A DNA stretch of 64,000 nucleotides from Chiloscyllium plagiosum (GCF_004010195.1 NC_057751.1:3265111-3329110); one strand, 5' to 3'. Shown: positions 1-12,688, counted from the first letter of the stretch. Notes: generated from the letters alone by a model not told the origin. Numbers and translations: made by a program.

Positions 1-1094
1 CTGGACGGTAACTCTGAACTGGACGGTAACTCTGAACTGGACCGTAACTCTGAACTGGACGGTAACTCTGAACTGGACGGTTACTCTGAACTGGACGGTT
101 ACTCTGAACTGGACAGTAACTCTGAACTGGACGGTTACTCTGGACTGGACGGTTCCTCTGAACTGGACAGTAACTCTGAACTGGACGGTAACTCTGAACT
201 GGACGGTTACTCTGAACTGGAAGGTAACTCTGAACTGGACAGTAACTCTGAACTGGACAGTAACTCTGACTTTACAGTAACTCTGAACTGGACGGTTACT
301 CTGACTTTACAGTAACTCTGAACTGGACAGTAACTCTGACTTTACAGTAACTCTGAACTGTACAGTAACTCTGAACTGTACAGTAACTCTGAGCTGGACA
401 GTAGCTCTGAGCTGGACAGTAACTCTGAGCTGGACAGTAACTCTGGCTGGACAGTAACTCTAACTGTACAGTAACTCTGAGCTGTACAGTAGCTCTGACT
501 GTACAGTAACTCTGACTGTACAGTAACTCTAACTGTACAGTAACTCTAAGCTGGACAGTAACTCTGACTGTACAGTAACTCTGACTGTACAGTAACTCTG
601 ACTGTACAGTAGCTCTGACTGTACAGTAACTCTGAGCTGTACAGTAACTCTAACTGTACAGTAACTCTGAACTGGACGGTTGCTCCTAACTGGATGATTA
701 CTCTGAACTGGACAGTAACTCTGAACTGGACAGTAACTATGAACTGGATGGACCTTAACTCTAAACTGGACAGTAACTCTAAACTGGACGGTAACTCTAA
801 ACTGGACAGTAACTCTGAACTGGACAGTTACTCTGAACTGGACAGTAACTCTGAACTGGACAGCTGGACAGTAACTCTGAACTGGACAGTTACTCTGAAC
901 TGGACAGTAACTCTGAACTGGACAGTAACTCTGAACTGGATGGTAACTCTGAACTGGACAGTAACTCTGAACTGGACGGTAACTCTGAACTGGACAGTAA
1001 CTATGAACTGGATGGACCTTAACTCTAAACTGGACAGTAACTCTGAACTGGACAGTAACTCTGAACTGGACAGTAACTCTGAACTGGACAGTTA
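1..1094. repeat. Minisatellite, 18-bp unit CTGGACAGTAACTCTGAA with 17-bp variants; runs off the window start
   Basis: Directly visible tandem periodicity. Explains the repetitive ORF 694..1113. Confidence 0.97.
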
Positions 1095-1099
1095 CGCTC

Positions 1100-1615
1100 G
1101 ATGTAAATTCTGAATAGCTCTCACAATTTTTGAGAAGATTTGTAGTTCAGGTTGATGATAAGTATGTAAGTTAGCTCGCTGAGTTAGAAGGTTTGTTATC
1201 AGACGTTTCATCAGCATGACTAGGTAACATCATCAGTGAGAGTTTCTGGTGAAACGCTGGTGCTTTGTCCTGCCTCTCTGTTTATGGGTCTTGGTTTCTT
1301 AAGGTGAGTGATGTCATTTCCTTTTTTTTCAAGGCAAGGTAGATAGGATCTAAATCGATGTGTTTATTGATGGAGTTCTGGTTAGAATACCATGCCTTGA
1401 AGAATTCTTGTGTGTGTCTTTGTTTCGCCTGTCCGAGGATGTGTGCATTGTCCCAGCCAAAATGGTGTCCTTCCTTGTCAGTACGTATGGAAACTAGTGA
1501 AAGTGGGTCGTATCTTTTGGCCAGTTGGAGTTCATGTATCCTGGTGGCAGGTTTCCTGCTCGTTTGTCCGATGTAGAGTTTTTTTTTCAATTCTTGCATG
1601 GAAATCTTGTAAATA
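1100..1615 (-). mobile_element. Penelope-like retroelement 3' fragment (GIY-YIG endonuclease remnant plus 3' region)
   Basis: Minus-strand translation KLYIGQTSRKPATRIHE...HHFGWDNAHILGQ...EFFKAWYSNQNSIN shows the YIG, R..EH and distal E/N pattern of PLE GIY-YIG domains. Confidence 0.8.
1196..1242 (-). ncRNA. Minimal type I hammerhead ribozyme motif
   Basis: Minus strand reads CUCUCA-CUGAUGA-U-GUUACC-UAGUCAU-GCUGAU-GAAAC-GUC^UGAUA. Core is intact, stem I UCUCA/UGAUA pairs 4 of 5, stem II pairs 5 of 6, and stem III is the palindromic ACGU. Confidence 0.75.
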
Positions 1616-1617
1616 AC

Positions 1618-1936
1618 ATTTAGATTAGATTCCCTACAGTACGGAAAAAGGCCCATCGACCAAACAAGTCCACACCGACCCTCTGAAGAGTATCCACCCA
1701 ATCCCATTCTCATACATTTACCCCTGACTAATGCACCTAACACTACGGGCAATTTAGCATGGCCAATCCACCCTAACCTGCACATCTTTGGACTGTGGGA
1801 GGAAACCAGCACACCTGAAGGAAACCCAAGCAGACACGGGGAGAATGTGCAAACTCCACACAAAAAGGTGGGAATCGAACCCGGGTCTCTGGCACTGTGA
1901 GGCAGCAGTGCTGACCACTGAACCACTGTGCTGCCC
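1618..1936 (-). mobile_element. tRNA-derived V-SINE (HE1-like)
   Basis: A box TGGTTCAGTGG, B box GGTTCGATTCC, V-domain-like TGTGTGGAGTTTGCACATTCTCCCCGTGTCTGC...CTCCCACAGTCCAAAGATGTGCAGGTTAGG, CR1-like tail and (AATCT)n end. Confidence 0.85.
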
Positions 1937-4211
1937 ATTTTCAATCACTGTCATCAGATAAAATTAACTGACAATTTCTGACTGCCACAGCTTTTGTTTG
2001 CAAATAGAGGTTTAACTTTGTGAAGGATTTTCTGCGTCTGCTGGTAATTCTCTCAGAGTATTGGGTGATCTTTTCACAATACCATCATAGGTCCACCTTG
2101 TCTCAAAGCCCTGCGATGTGGTCATTTTGGGGGCAAGAAGGAAAATGGGGTTGAGGCCACGATCAGATCAAACACACTGTTCTTGGCGGAATTGGTTGGA
2201 GAGACCTAATGGCCTGGACCTGTTCCTGATTTATATTGATGTGCCATGTGAAACTTTTCCTCATCCCTCTTCATCTCACCTCATCAATGCAGCCGGTCTC
2301 CTTCATAGGTTTATTCATGAGTGTGGCCCTCAAGTCCACCTCAGCCGTTCACGTCATCCACTCCCTCTGGGAGCTGTGTGTTGCTGAGAGCATTCTGGAA
2401 AAGATCTTGGCTTGTCAGAGATTTAGGTCTTCGAAAGAGGCAGCACAGGCGATGTGGGCCAAATGGCCTCATTCAGTGCTGTGTAATTCTCTGAAGCCTC
2501 ACAGCTTTGTTACAGGTGAAGAGCTTTGGCGTTGCAGCTTTGCTCGATGCAGATTTTACATTGTCACTCCACTTCGGCAAAGCGAAACAAATTCACATGA
2601 TATAGCTTGGCCCAAAACAAGAAGCTGAATGTAATAAGAGGAGATCTCCTCACTGAACATTTTTTTTTATAAAAAAGGCATAATTAAATTAAAACAATTC
2701 AAGTACCTTGCGAGTTAATTTTCAGCTGAAGTGCAAAATATAAGCTAATGCTTAATGATGGTGAACAATTTAGCCAGTGCCTCTGAATAGATGCCTCTGT
2801 TTAATTCAGTCTTGTGGCCCTTGGTGAATAGCAGGAACACTTAAATTAAATGTTTGATCACCCTCATTACCAATGCACACAGTGTTGGATCAGTGATGCA
2901 TGCTGTCACTGTAATCTCATTGCAATGCAAATGAGAGGGAGCTACTCTCAGCTTGTCATGCACAAAAAGACTGCTTCTGGCTTGGAATTGTAGTCAGGCA
3001 TCACAACCCTTCAGTCTGTACTCTGATAGATAATTGTCTGTCGGGGTCCTGTCCCCTGGTGTGACTTCACTGGAAGGGAATAAGGGCGAATGAAAAGCAG
3101 GCAGCACACAGCGAGAGCAAAGTTTGGAGGTTTGCTTCAGCATTGACTGGCTGTAGTGGAAAAGCATTGACTTCGGCAGCCAAAGAACAGTTAAAGAAAT
3201 GGCAAATTAAAAAAAAAACACACTATTTTCCTATATACTCCTTGGCAAAATGACACAAGAAATCTCCAGAAAATGATTTGCAGGGAATGTTTTGTGAAGA
3301 TTATAATCTTTTTCATGTAACCATGTGTCCGAAACCTGCCATTGCTCTGACACTGGGTTGTTGCCAATTGTATTTGGGTCTATTTCTTGAGGGCTAATCC
3401 TTTTGGCTTTTTCCTTTTACTCCTCACTCTGAGTTCTTGACCAGTCTAGCAGCTTATTCCTTCAATCCTTCTCCAGTGGCTTTAACAATGAATGAAGTCA
3501 TTGAAAAATGGCTGCTAATCCTCAGGCCCTGGTTATGTCTGGGGAGGAACAAAGGGTGCAAGTGCGGACTGTTTCCTAATAAATACCTTCATGGGGTGTG
3601 GGAGCAGAGGCCCATGGGTTTATTTTCTGTCTGCAGCATTTATCAGTGAGGAAATCCACACACACTATTTGAAGTGAGACACGTAGACTGCAAAGTCGAG
3701 TCAGTGATGGATGATGTGGCACAGAAAGGTCACCGGTACTTTCAAAAGGGTCAGGCGGGACAATGAGCAAAATCTATGGCAACCAAGAACGTCAACACTG
3801 ATGTGACCAATGGTTGGTTTGGTAACTCGGCAGCATCAGCCACCATTCACAAACCCATGCCAGGCTGAGCCAGTTTCTACTCTGCGATCAGCTAGAGACC
3901 TAAAGCCTGACCTTGAATGTCTGTAAGGTACAGGTACATGTGCTGAATGGTGCTCAGTAATGACCGATTCTCCCTCCCCTTCTTCAAGGACAATAGAGCA
4001 GGATTGCCAAGTATTTCTGACACCGTCTCCATCCCCAAACTAATCCCACTTCAGTGCGAATTGGTGTGTTTACCAGCTTCAGGCACCCAGCTCCCTTCAG
4101 ACTGAAAAGGCAAACTTTGAGAGCATGGTTTCAGTCCTTCCTTATGTCCTCACTGAATGCACTGAAAAGCCATCACATCCTATCAACACAAGTCACTGAG
4201 TTTAGTAAAGC

Positions 4212-4550
4212 CCATCACAATGGCTCAGTGGTTAGCACTGCTACCTCACAGCACCAGGGACCCAGGTTGGATTCCAGCCTCAGGGGACTGTGTGTGAGTT
4301 TGCACATTCTCCCCGTGTCTGTGTGGGTTTCCTCCGGGTGCTCCGGTTACCTCCCACAATCCAAAGATGTGCAAGTTAGGGTGGGTTGGCCTGCTAAACT
4401 GCCCCATAGTGTTCAGGGATGCGTAGGCTAGGTGGGTTAGCCATGGGAAATGCAGGGTTACAGGGACTGGGTAGGAGGGTGGGTCTGGGTGGGATGCAGT
4501 TTGGAGAGTCAGTGTGGTCTCACTGGGCTGGAGGGATGCAATGATTCTCT
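4212..4550 (+). mobile_element. V-SINE (HE1-like)
   Basis: TGGCTCAGTGGTTAGCACTGCT head and the same central domain as the 1618-1936 copy. Confidence 0.85.
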
Positions 4551-5854
4551 GAACAGCTGGCAGAAAAATTGGAGAGACAGTAAAGGAGATGTGAGTATTT
4601 TCTAATCAGCCTGTTCAGAGACGGGGTTATATGACACATCTCTGGGACAGTGTGACCGTGAATGGAGACATCCAGGCTCAGAGAGAGTGAGACTACCACT
4701 TTACCACAAGAGCTCCATTGAAGGGCAATTGACATTATCTGAGGTAATATGGAAGCAACAAACTACAAGTGGGATAAGTAAACAATTGCCTGCGGTTAAC
4801 CTGAGTCAGGTCCAATCACTTCATTCAGTGTGAAACAGAAACAGAAATTACTGGAGAATCTTGGCAGGTCTCGCAGTGTCTGTGGAGAGAAAACAGAGTC
4901 AGTGCTTGGGTCAGTGACCAGTCGTCACTTTTTGTTTTTTTGTTTCATTTGGCGAATGCGTCATAGATCAGCTTCTGGGCTTTCTTATCGTCCAATCATT
5001 CATGCATCATCATGAAACATTGAGGATTTCGGAAAAGCTTGTCGCTTAACTCTCAAAGGCTGCTTTCATTCTTGTTTCTTTCTGTGTCTGCTCTTTGAAG
5101 TTTGCATCGATTTGGGGGAACAGGAAGCAGCAGAGTAACCTGACTTGTTATTGAGTGCATTGCCTGTTAAACGATGGTATTGTCGTCTCCAGCACTTGAT
5201 GCTGTCTGCAGAACATGAAGCATTTCCCAGCTGATTCCTTAAGTACCATTATTATTGAATCGAAGAAGGTAATTCTGAATTGACGAGGCGTGCAGTGGTA
5301 CAAAGAGTGCCTGCTGTCAGTTTCCCTTGATGAACCAGAGTTGGCACAAATCGAAAATAGTTGGAAGAAAGGGAAAAAAAAGGGGGAGGGAAGAAACTTG
5401 GTGTTTCGTAAAAAGCAGCGAGTTGTTGCGATCCGGAGTGCTGTGTTGAAAAGGGAATTGGGGGCTGACAGAGTGGTAACTTTCAGAAGGGAACTGGGCA
5501 TGTCCTGAACAGAGAAGATTTGCAGAGAGGTGGGAAAACAGAGGTGGGATTGGACTGATTAGAGCCAGCACAAGATTAATGGGCAGAATGGCCACCAATT
5601 CTATGTTGAATGATTGTGCAATGCTCTTGTTTGGTGGCTCAGGAGGGTGTAATGAGATTTAAAGTTCAAGTGTTTCCCAGTTTTGGGGAACAGTGAGAGT
5701 GAGGAGTCTGTTTTTGAGCACATGGTGTTTGTATGACAGGACTGTCGGTGATTATTGTTGTCTCTCCCTGGTGGAGTCAGGTTGTTCGTGACCTGCAAAC
5801 AGTGCCCAGTCCATTATCACATCCATTCCTACCAGTAGATGAAGGAAAGGCAAG

Positions 5855-6200
5855 GCATATTGAAACACACAAAATTTTTAGGGGACTTGACAGGGGAGAT
5901 GTGCAGAGGCTGTTTCCCCTTGCAGGGAGAGTCTAGGACCAGAGGGTATCATCTCAGAATAAGGGCTTTTTAAGACAGAGATGAGGAGTAATTTCTTCTC
6001 TCAGGGTGGAATGCATCTGTGGAATTCCCTCCCACAGAGGGCTGTCAGGTCTGGGTCATTAAGTATATCCAAGACTAAGACAGATTTGTTAATCAGTAAG
6101 AGAATGAAGGATTATGGCAAGAAAGGGGAGTTGAGGAAGATGAGATCAACCACAATCTCATAGAATTGTGGAACAGACTCAATTACCTGGTCCTGCTCTA
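5855..6200 (+). mobile_element. CR1 LINE 3' fragment
   Basis: Translates KIFRGLDRGDVQRLFPL and MRSNFFSQ..HLWNSLPQRAV, the CR1 ORF2 C-terminus. Confidence 0.8.
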
Positions 6201-8567
6201 GCGTCTTAGGTGCTGCCATGGAACAGCCTCAGCTGAACTCCTCTGAAAAGTGGAAAGCAAGTTAGATAAGGAAGGTTAGGCATTTTCTCCTAGATAGTGA
6301 AGACACAGACAACATCCACTGAATCGATGTAACATGGGAAAACTGCCAAAGGTCTGGTCCAAAACACCAGAGGCAACATGTTCATTCAGCCAGTTGTTGT
6401 GGTCTGGAGGACAGTAGGAGCATTCCAGAGGCAATTGGACATCCGCCTGACAAGAAATGAATTTGCTGGAACTGGAGAGATTGAACGAGCTGAGTCGGAG
6501 GGATTTCTCGAGGGGCTGGTACAAATCTGATGGGCTGAATGGACACCCTGACTGTTATACGATTGCAGAAAAACGACAACCGAACCAAGAGTAAATTTTC
6601 GGTGTAACAGTGTATCAGACAGGCAGGTGAGGATTAGAATGGGACAGTGCAAAACATGCAGGAACGTGAAAAGGCTATTCAGCTCCTTTGCTTTGTACTA
6701 TCCCCCGAAGCCATCCTGGGGAATCTGCATTTCAGATTGTGCTTGTCTCTGGTCCATGTACTCCTCTAACCTTATCCACCAAAACTCTGTACATCTCAGT
6801 ATTGAAAACTTTCATTGACCCAGTGTCCCTAAGGGAAGAGAGTCACACTGTTTACCCATTCTATGTGTAAAGAAAAACTTCCTAGTTTCACCCCTGCACA
6901 GCTTGGCCTGAATTTTCAGAGTCTATTCACTTCTGTTTGATGCCCAGACAGAGGCGATGGTCTTGTCTGTGAAAAAGATCAAGGGAAGCTGTAATGTTTT
7001 TTTCCCTAAGAGATTAGTTATGTTTACTGTTGACTGAACAAAAACTGTTGTGTATTTAGGATCATGGAACACACCCAGTTGAAGAATTGGAACACTCCTG
7101 GGGATGTTATAGTGTGCACAACAGAGGTGGAGTCAGTTATGGGTTTCATAATATTTCAATTTTGTTTCTTCTGACATGGTGCTGTTCATTGTTCAGGTTG
7201 ACTGAAAACCAGTTTGTGAGAATGTGTTTCATTTCATGGCAGAGACACATGTTTGTGTTAGTGACCTGGTCTGATCTGAGGTTCACTGCTCTCCATCTCC
7301 CAGACCCCTCCTCCGTTCTGATGTGTGGAGATATCTCTCCCTGGATAATAATGAGAATCATACACTGACAGCTCCTGATTCTGAGATAGACTTGTGAACA
7401 ATGGAAAGGAGAGGGCGTGCAGAGTTTGGAAATAAATGATGCTGTTTGTTCAGAGGAACACTGAGAATTGTCGAGCTGATGTGATCGAGGAGGAAACTCC
7501 ATTGTTAAGGTCACGGTCCCTGTAATTTTTCCCTTTAGCTGAGACTCTCAGTGATTGCTTCACCCAACAATTAACTCGGCCTTGGAGAGCTTCAAGTATC
7601 AAATTAAAGCTTCACTCAGAACAGGAATACTTCAGATCTTAGTGAAGACACAAGCTACGGTTTGTGTTTAACCCTCTGATGTGTTCTCAAGAAATGTACC
7701 AAACCACTCGGATCTGTCTGGGTACATTCTGGTTGTGCAATCTGTCTACAGTGAAATCATAAACTGCTTTTCTCTTCTCCTTGGACAGACTCACATTTCA
7801 CACATTATACTCCATCTACCCAGTCCCAGTCACTCACTTCAACCCGTTCTGTATCCCTCTGCAGTCCCTGTACCTCTTTGCGACAATTTATTTCTTACTG
7901 ATCTTGCCCAATGGATTCCTGATCGACACAGAATAGATTTTCTGTGTGTCTGAAGGGGTTTAATGATTCACCTATCGGGATTTCTGCTCACTGTGTATGT
8001 GAGAAAGAGAGTCTTCCTGGAGAGTAATTGTTCACGTTGGGAGAACTTCAGGAGCAAACTGAACAATTTGTGCATTTTGCTTCAGTTGAGAAAGTCAGGG
8101 ATTCGTTTCCCTTTGATACAGGCGACCACCCTAAGCATGGAAAGGGTTCTTTTTTTTTAATTCAGTTTAGCAGTTCTTCAGGAATCTCAGCTGAAGATGA
8201 ATGTGTAACAATGGGAATTTGTTCGAGTTATGAAGAAATCAGTGTAAACATTCCAATCCACAGGTGTTTGGTCAAAACCCTGAAAGGGTTATTTGAAGCT
8301 GAGAATGTTTAAGCTCAGTTATATGAAGGTTACAGGAAGAGGTTATCAGATTTTCAAGGTTGAGAGTTGAAGCCATAGTAAGTACTGTCCTGTAGATGTT
8401 GTAGAGAAAGGAACTCAGTTTGGAATGAGTATGTAAAGGGATGCTTTTGAATTTAATGGTATTTGTATCAGATGTTTCAAAATCTTGAAAAGAAAATAAT
8501 TTGATTTATTCTGTTTAATCTCCTTTTTTAGTGTATTAAGCTTCTGTTTTACGATAAAACCAATTAG

Positions 8568-9190
8568 AGTTAAGATGTACAGCACAGAAACAGACCCTTC
8601 AGTCCAACTCGTCCATACCTACCAGATATCCTAACCTAATCGAGTCCCATTTGTCAGCACTGGGCCCATGTGCCTCCAAACCCTTCCTATTCATATACCC
8701 ATCCAGATGCCTTGTAAATGTTGCTGTTGTACCAGCCTCCACCACTTCCTCTGGCAGCTCATTCCATTCACGCACCACCCTTTGCGTGAGAAAGGTGCCC
8801 CTTAGGTCCCTTTTAAATTTTTCCCCTCTCACCCTCAACCTATGCCCTCGCAATTTGAACTCCCCCACCCCAGGGAAAGGACCTTGTATGTTTATCCTAT
8901 GCCCAAAACGTCGAATCTCCTGTTCCCTGGATGCTGCCTGACCTGCTGTGCTGTTCCAGCAATAAAGTTTCAACTTTGATCTCCAGCATCTGCAGACCTC
9001 ACTTTCTCCTATCCTATCCATGCCCCTCATGATTTTATAAATCTCTGTGAGGTTAGCCCTCAGCCTCTGACACTCCAGGGAAAAACAGCCTCTCCCTATA
9101 CCCTCTACTCTTGGCAGTCTTCTTCTCAGTCTTTTCTGAAACCGTTCAAGTTTCATAACATCCTTCCTGTAGGAGGGAGCCCACAGTATT
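8568..9190 (-). mobile_element. CR1 LINE 3' fragment, interrupted by a short insert
   Basis: WAPSYRKDVMKLERFQKR...RGHRLRVRGEKFKRDLRGTFLTQRVVREWNELPEEVVEA. Confidence 0.9.
8901..9009 (+). mobile_element. Short hammerhead-family insert (subfamily 1, truncated and degenerate core)
   Basis: GCCCAAAACGTCGAATCTCCTG...GATGCTGCCTGACCTGCTG...; TSD TATCCTAT at 8893-8900 and 9010-9017. Confidence 0.8.
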
Positions 9191-9449
9191 CCAATGCTTA
9201 TCCTTGATTTTAGATTCCTCCACATCCTCATCCTTCTCTTCCTCCTCTGGAATCAGTACTCTGGACAGCTCAACTCCCATGTGCTTGTGACGAGGTGGGT
9301 GACGTGAGCAACACTGACTTCATTCCTTGAATGATTCTTTAGGGTCATTTTATGATTTGAAGGAATAGATCTTTCCCTTAATCCTTCTCCCCCTCAAGAT
9401 GGAAACACCAGCTTGTTTTGTTGTTTCCATGCCCTGAGTTACTCAGGTT

Positions 9450-10040
9450 TGTAATGGACCAGGCCAGACCTCCTACAAAATATTTTCAGAAGGTAGCCCA
9501 GACCCTCACTCTTCCTTATTTGAAAAGTAGGTGTGTGGCGGATATTCCAGGAGAGATGCAGCTGGTCAAACCACTCAGCTTTAAGCAAAACAGCATTTAT
9601 TTAAGCATAGAGTTGAAACATGAACAAAAGAAAACGGAATTTAGAAAAACCTAACCATTGGATAACGTAACCGACTCGATACAGCAACTTAACTGAGGAG
9701 CTGTTCCAATTCCCAGAATGTCCCATAAACACACCCTTTGGCACAAGGTAATTTCAAACCCAGGTTCTTACAGGCAAGAAGGAACAACATCCAAAGGGAT
9801 TCCAGAGAGAAAGTCGGTCAGGAATCATTCACTGAGGCTTGTAACCTTTCCTGGATTCCAGCATCTTGTGCTGCCACAGCTAAACCAAACTAAACGAAAC
9901 CTGAACTGGGAGACCTGACCATTCCCAGCCAATGTTAAACTAGACTCTTCCCAGACCCCTCCATACCTCTGCCTTGATCACCTCTCTTAAAAAAACACCC
10001 AAGGACAAAGTAACCTTATTGAGGTGCCAGCATTGTCACG
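9450..10040 (-). mobile_element. Solo-LTR-like element (copy A)
   Basis: Starts TGTAATGGACCAGGCCAGAC and is homologous to 41918-42504 and 62909-63600. AATAAA on the minus strand. Confidence 0.65.
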
Positions 10041-10412
10041 GGATCCAGCAGTGGGATTGAATGAGGAGGAATACTTCTCCTTAGTATCAAGTCGTTTTTT
10101 CACTGTGGACTTCTTCCTTCCAATAACTTGGGAAAACGAAAAGGCAAAGCATCAACACAGAGAGGTTTGCTAGTGAGGACAGGAGCTTTTCTTATTTAAA
10201 CAGCGTGTGTTTGTAGCTGCACAATTGCTGCCAAAGCTGGGACCTGAAAACACAACATTAAAAAGGCCAGGTGGTGAAGGGAAAGGGACAGAGAACGAGG
10301 AGCCAGGGTCTGGGACAGCTCCAGGCACATCAGGGCTCTGTGTCTGGGGCGTCTGGCTGTTGGGGACTTCCTGTGATCAGCTTGAGTCACAGTCCTGAGC
10401 CAGGACTACAGT

Positions 10413-11740
10413 GGGACCCATGAGGTCCCCTGGGCCTGATGGCATTTATCCTAGGATTCTCTGGGAAGCAAGGGAGGAGTTTGCAGAGCCATTGGCCTTG
10501 ATTTTTATGTCCTCGTTGTCTACAGGAATAGTGCCAGAAGATTGGAGGCTAGCAAATGTGGTTCCCTTGTTCAAGAAGGGGAGTAGGGATAACCCTAGTA
10601 ACTATAGGCCGGTGAGTCTCACTTCTGTTGTGGGCAAAATCTTAGAGAGAATTGTAAGGGATAGGATTTATGAACATCTGGATAGAAATNNNNNNNNNNN
10701 NNNNNNNNNNNNNNNNNNNNNNNNNNNNNNNNNNNNNNNNNNNNNNNNNNNNNNNNNNNNNNNNNNNNNNNNNNNNNNNNNNNNNNNNNNNNNNNNNNNN
10801 NNNNNNNNNNNNNNNNNNNNNNNNNNNNNNNNNNNNNNNNNNNNNNNNNNNNNNNNNNNNNNNNNNNNNNNNNNNNNNNNNNNNNNNNNNNNNNNNNNNN
10901 NNNNNNNNNNNNNNNNNNNNNNNNNNNNNNNNNNNNNNNNNNNNNNNNNNNNNNNNNNNNNNNNNNNNNNNNNNNNNNNNNNNNNNNNNNNNNNNNNNNN
11001 NNNNNNNNNNNNNNNNNNNNNNNNNNNNNNNNNNNNNNNNNNNNNNNNNNNNNNNNNNNNNNNNNNNNNNNNNNNNNNNNNNNNNNNNNNNNNNNNNNNN
11101 NNNNNNNNNNNNNNNNNNNNNNNNNNNNNNNNNNNNNNNNNNNNNNNNNNNNNNNNNNNNNNNNNNNNNNNNNNNNNNNNNNNNNNNNNNNNNNNNNNNN
11201 NNNNNNNNNNNNNNNNNNNNNNNNNNNNNNNNNNNNNNNNNNNNNNNNNNNNNNNNNNNNNNNNNNNNNNNNNNNNNNNNNNNNNNNNNNNNNNNNNNNN
11301 NNNNNNNNNNNNNNNNNNNNNNNAAGATCGTATGAGGAAGGGCTGAGGCACTTGGGGTTGTTTTCATTGGAGAAAAGAAGGTTTAGGGGTGACTTGATAG
11401 AGGTGTACAAGATGATTAGGTGTTTAGATAAGGTCGACCGTGAGAATCTTTTTCCACGAATGGAGTCAGCAATTACAAGGGGGCATAGCTTTAAATTAAG
11501 GGGTGGTAGGTATAGGACAGATGTTAGGGGTAGGTTCTTTACTCAGCGAGTCGTGAGTTCATGGAATGCCCTGCCAGTAGCAGTGGTGGACTCTCCCCTC
11601 ATTATGGGCATTTAAGCGGGCATTGGATAGGCATATGGAGGATAGTGGGCTAGTGTAGGTTAGGTGGGCTTGGATTGGCGCAACATCGAGGGCCGAAGGG
11701 CCTGTACTGTGCTGTATTCTTCTATGTTCTATGTTCTATG
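10413..11740 (+). mobile_element. CR1 LINE ORF2 fragment spanning an N gap, with 3' tail
   Basis: SPGPDGIYPRILWE...DWRLANVVPLFKKGSRDNPSNYRPVSLTSVVGKILE before the gap; LFSLEKRRFRGDLIEVYK...WNALP after it; (TTCTATG)n tail. Confidence 0.93.
10690..11323. other. Assembly gap (others at 29846-30345, 53550-53859, 55727-56126)
   Basis: Runs of N. Confidence 1.
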
Positions 11741-12467
11741 ACTCCTGTCCCTGCCTCTGACACTGAGTTAGGATTCTTGCTCATGTGGGGCATGTAAATG
11801 AACCATCTGGTTACTGTGCTGTAACTTCTGTCTGGATTGGGAACGTTTTACTGAGGCCACTGTTGTATTGGCTGCTATTCCCTGTGGGAGAGGAGACTCG
11901 AGGAACAGGAGTTGGCCATTTGGCCCATCATAATCATGGCTGGTGTGGTCTCTCCCTGTAGATCAAGCTCTGCCTATCTCAGGTTGAGATTCAGTGACCC
12001 AGACTCCACTGCAGTCTGGGGCAGGGGAATCCTACAGAGCGACAAGACCCATGTCCCATCGTCACAGCCAAACCTTCCATTTTTAAACCGTGTCCCCTTG
12101 TTTTCATGTGCACCCACCAGAGGATCGACACTTTGATCCACCCCCCTCCCCCAAGGCTGTGATCCATCTATCCTTATGCTTGCTTTGGATCATAAAGGAG
12201 GATATCACCACAAGAGGAGATGTTGAGAGATGTTGATTTTAATCTTCCTTTTCAGAAGGTTGAATCTCAAAGCCTTGCAGTCACCTCTCCCTGCGTTTTG
12301 TTGACACTTCGATAAGGTCGGTGTGCATGGTGTTCAATTCAGGGACATGAGAAAGCGAGACAGAGACAGAGAGGGGAAAGGAATAAAAGGGAGCTGCACC
12401 AGGTGATGGGAGAGACACAGAGACTGCCCCACAAAGACATCAGTGACAGAGTGCTCTCGGATCAATG

Positions 12468-12688
12468 AGGAGAAAGTGAGGGCTGCAGATGCTGGAGATC
12501 AGAGCTGAAAATGTGTTGCTGGAAAAGTGCAGCAGGTCAGGCAGCATCCAGGGAACAGGAGAATCGACGTTTCAGGCATAAGCCCTTCTTCAGGAATTCC
12601 CTGAAGAAGGGCTTATGCCCGAAACGTCGATTCTCCTGTTCCTTGGATGCTGCCTGACCTGCTGTGCTTTTCCAGCAACACATTTTCA
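12468..12688. mobile_element. Fold-back hammerhead-bearing short element (subfamily 1)
   Basis: 13-bp TSD TCTCGGATCAATG (12455-12467, 12689-12701). 89-bp inverted arms 12506-12594 and 12600-12688. Core CTGAAGA-A-GGGC-TTAT-GCCC-GAAAC-GTC at 12601-12628. Confidence 0.85.

Noticed and set aside
1..1094. CRISPR-like appearance of the regular arrays (also 30760-31432 and 49022-50518)
   Set aside because: Head-to-tail repeats without unique spacers, no cas genes, vertebrate context.
694..1113. 139-aa repetitive ORF (TLNWTV / LDSNSE)
   Set aside because: Translation of the 18-bp minisatellite.
1865..1936. tRNA-like A/B boxes (also about 4215 and 34050-34115)
   Set aside because: SINE heads continuous with the SINE body; no full cloverleaf.
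1282..1944. 220-aa minus-strand ORF as a gene
   Set aside because: Chance read-through from a SINE into a Penelope endonuclease remnant.
10411..11410. Long ORFs spanning N runs (also near 29.7-30.6, 52.9-53.9 and 55.5-56.3 kb)
   Set aside because: Artefacts of gaps lacking stop codons.
12506..12688. Long hairpin as a pre-miRNA or MITE
   Set aside because: Multi-copy, with variable-length TSDs (7-16 bp) and asymmetric ends, which fits retroposition better.
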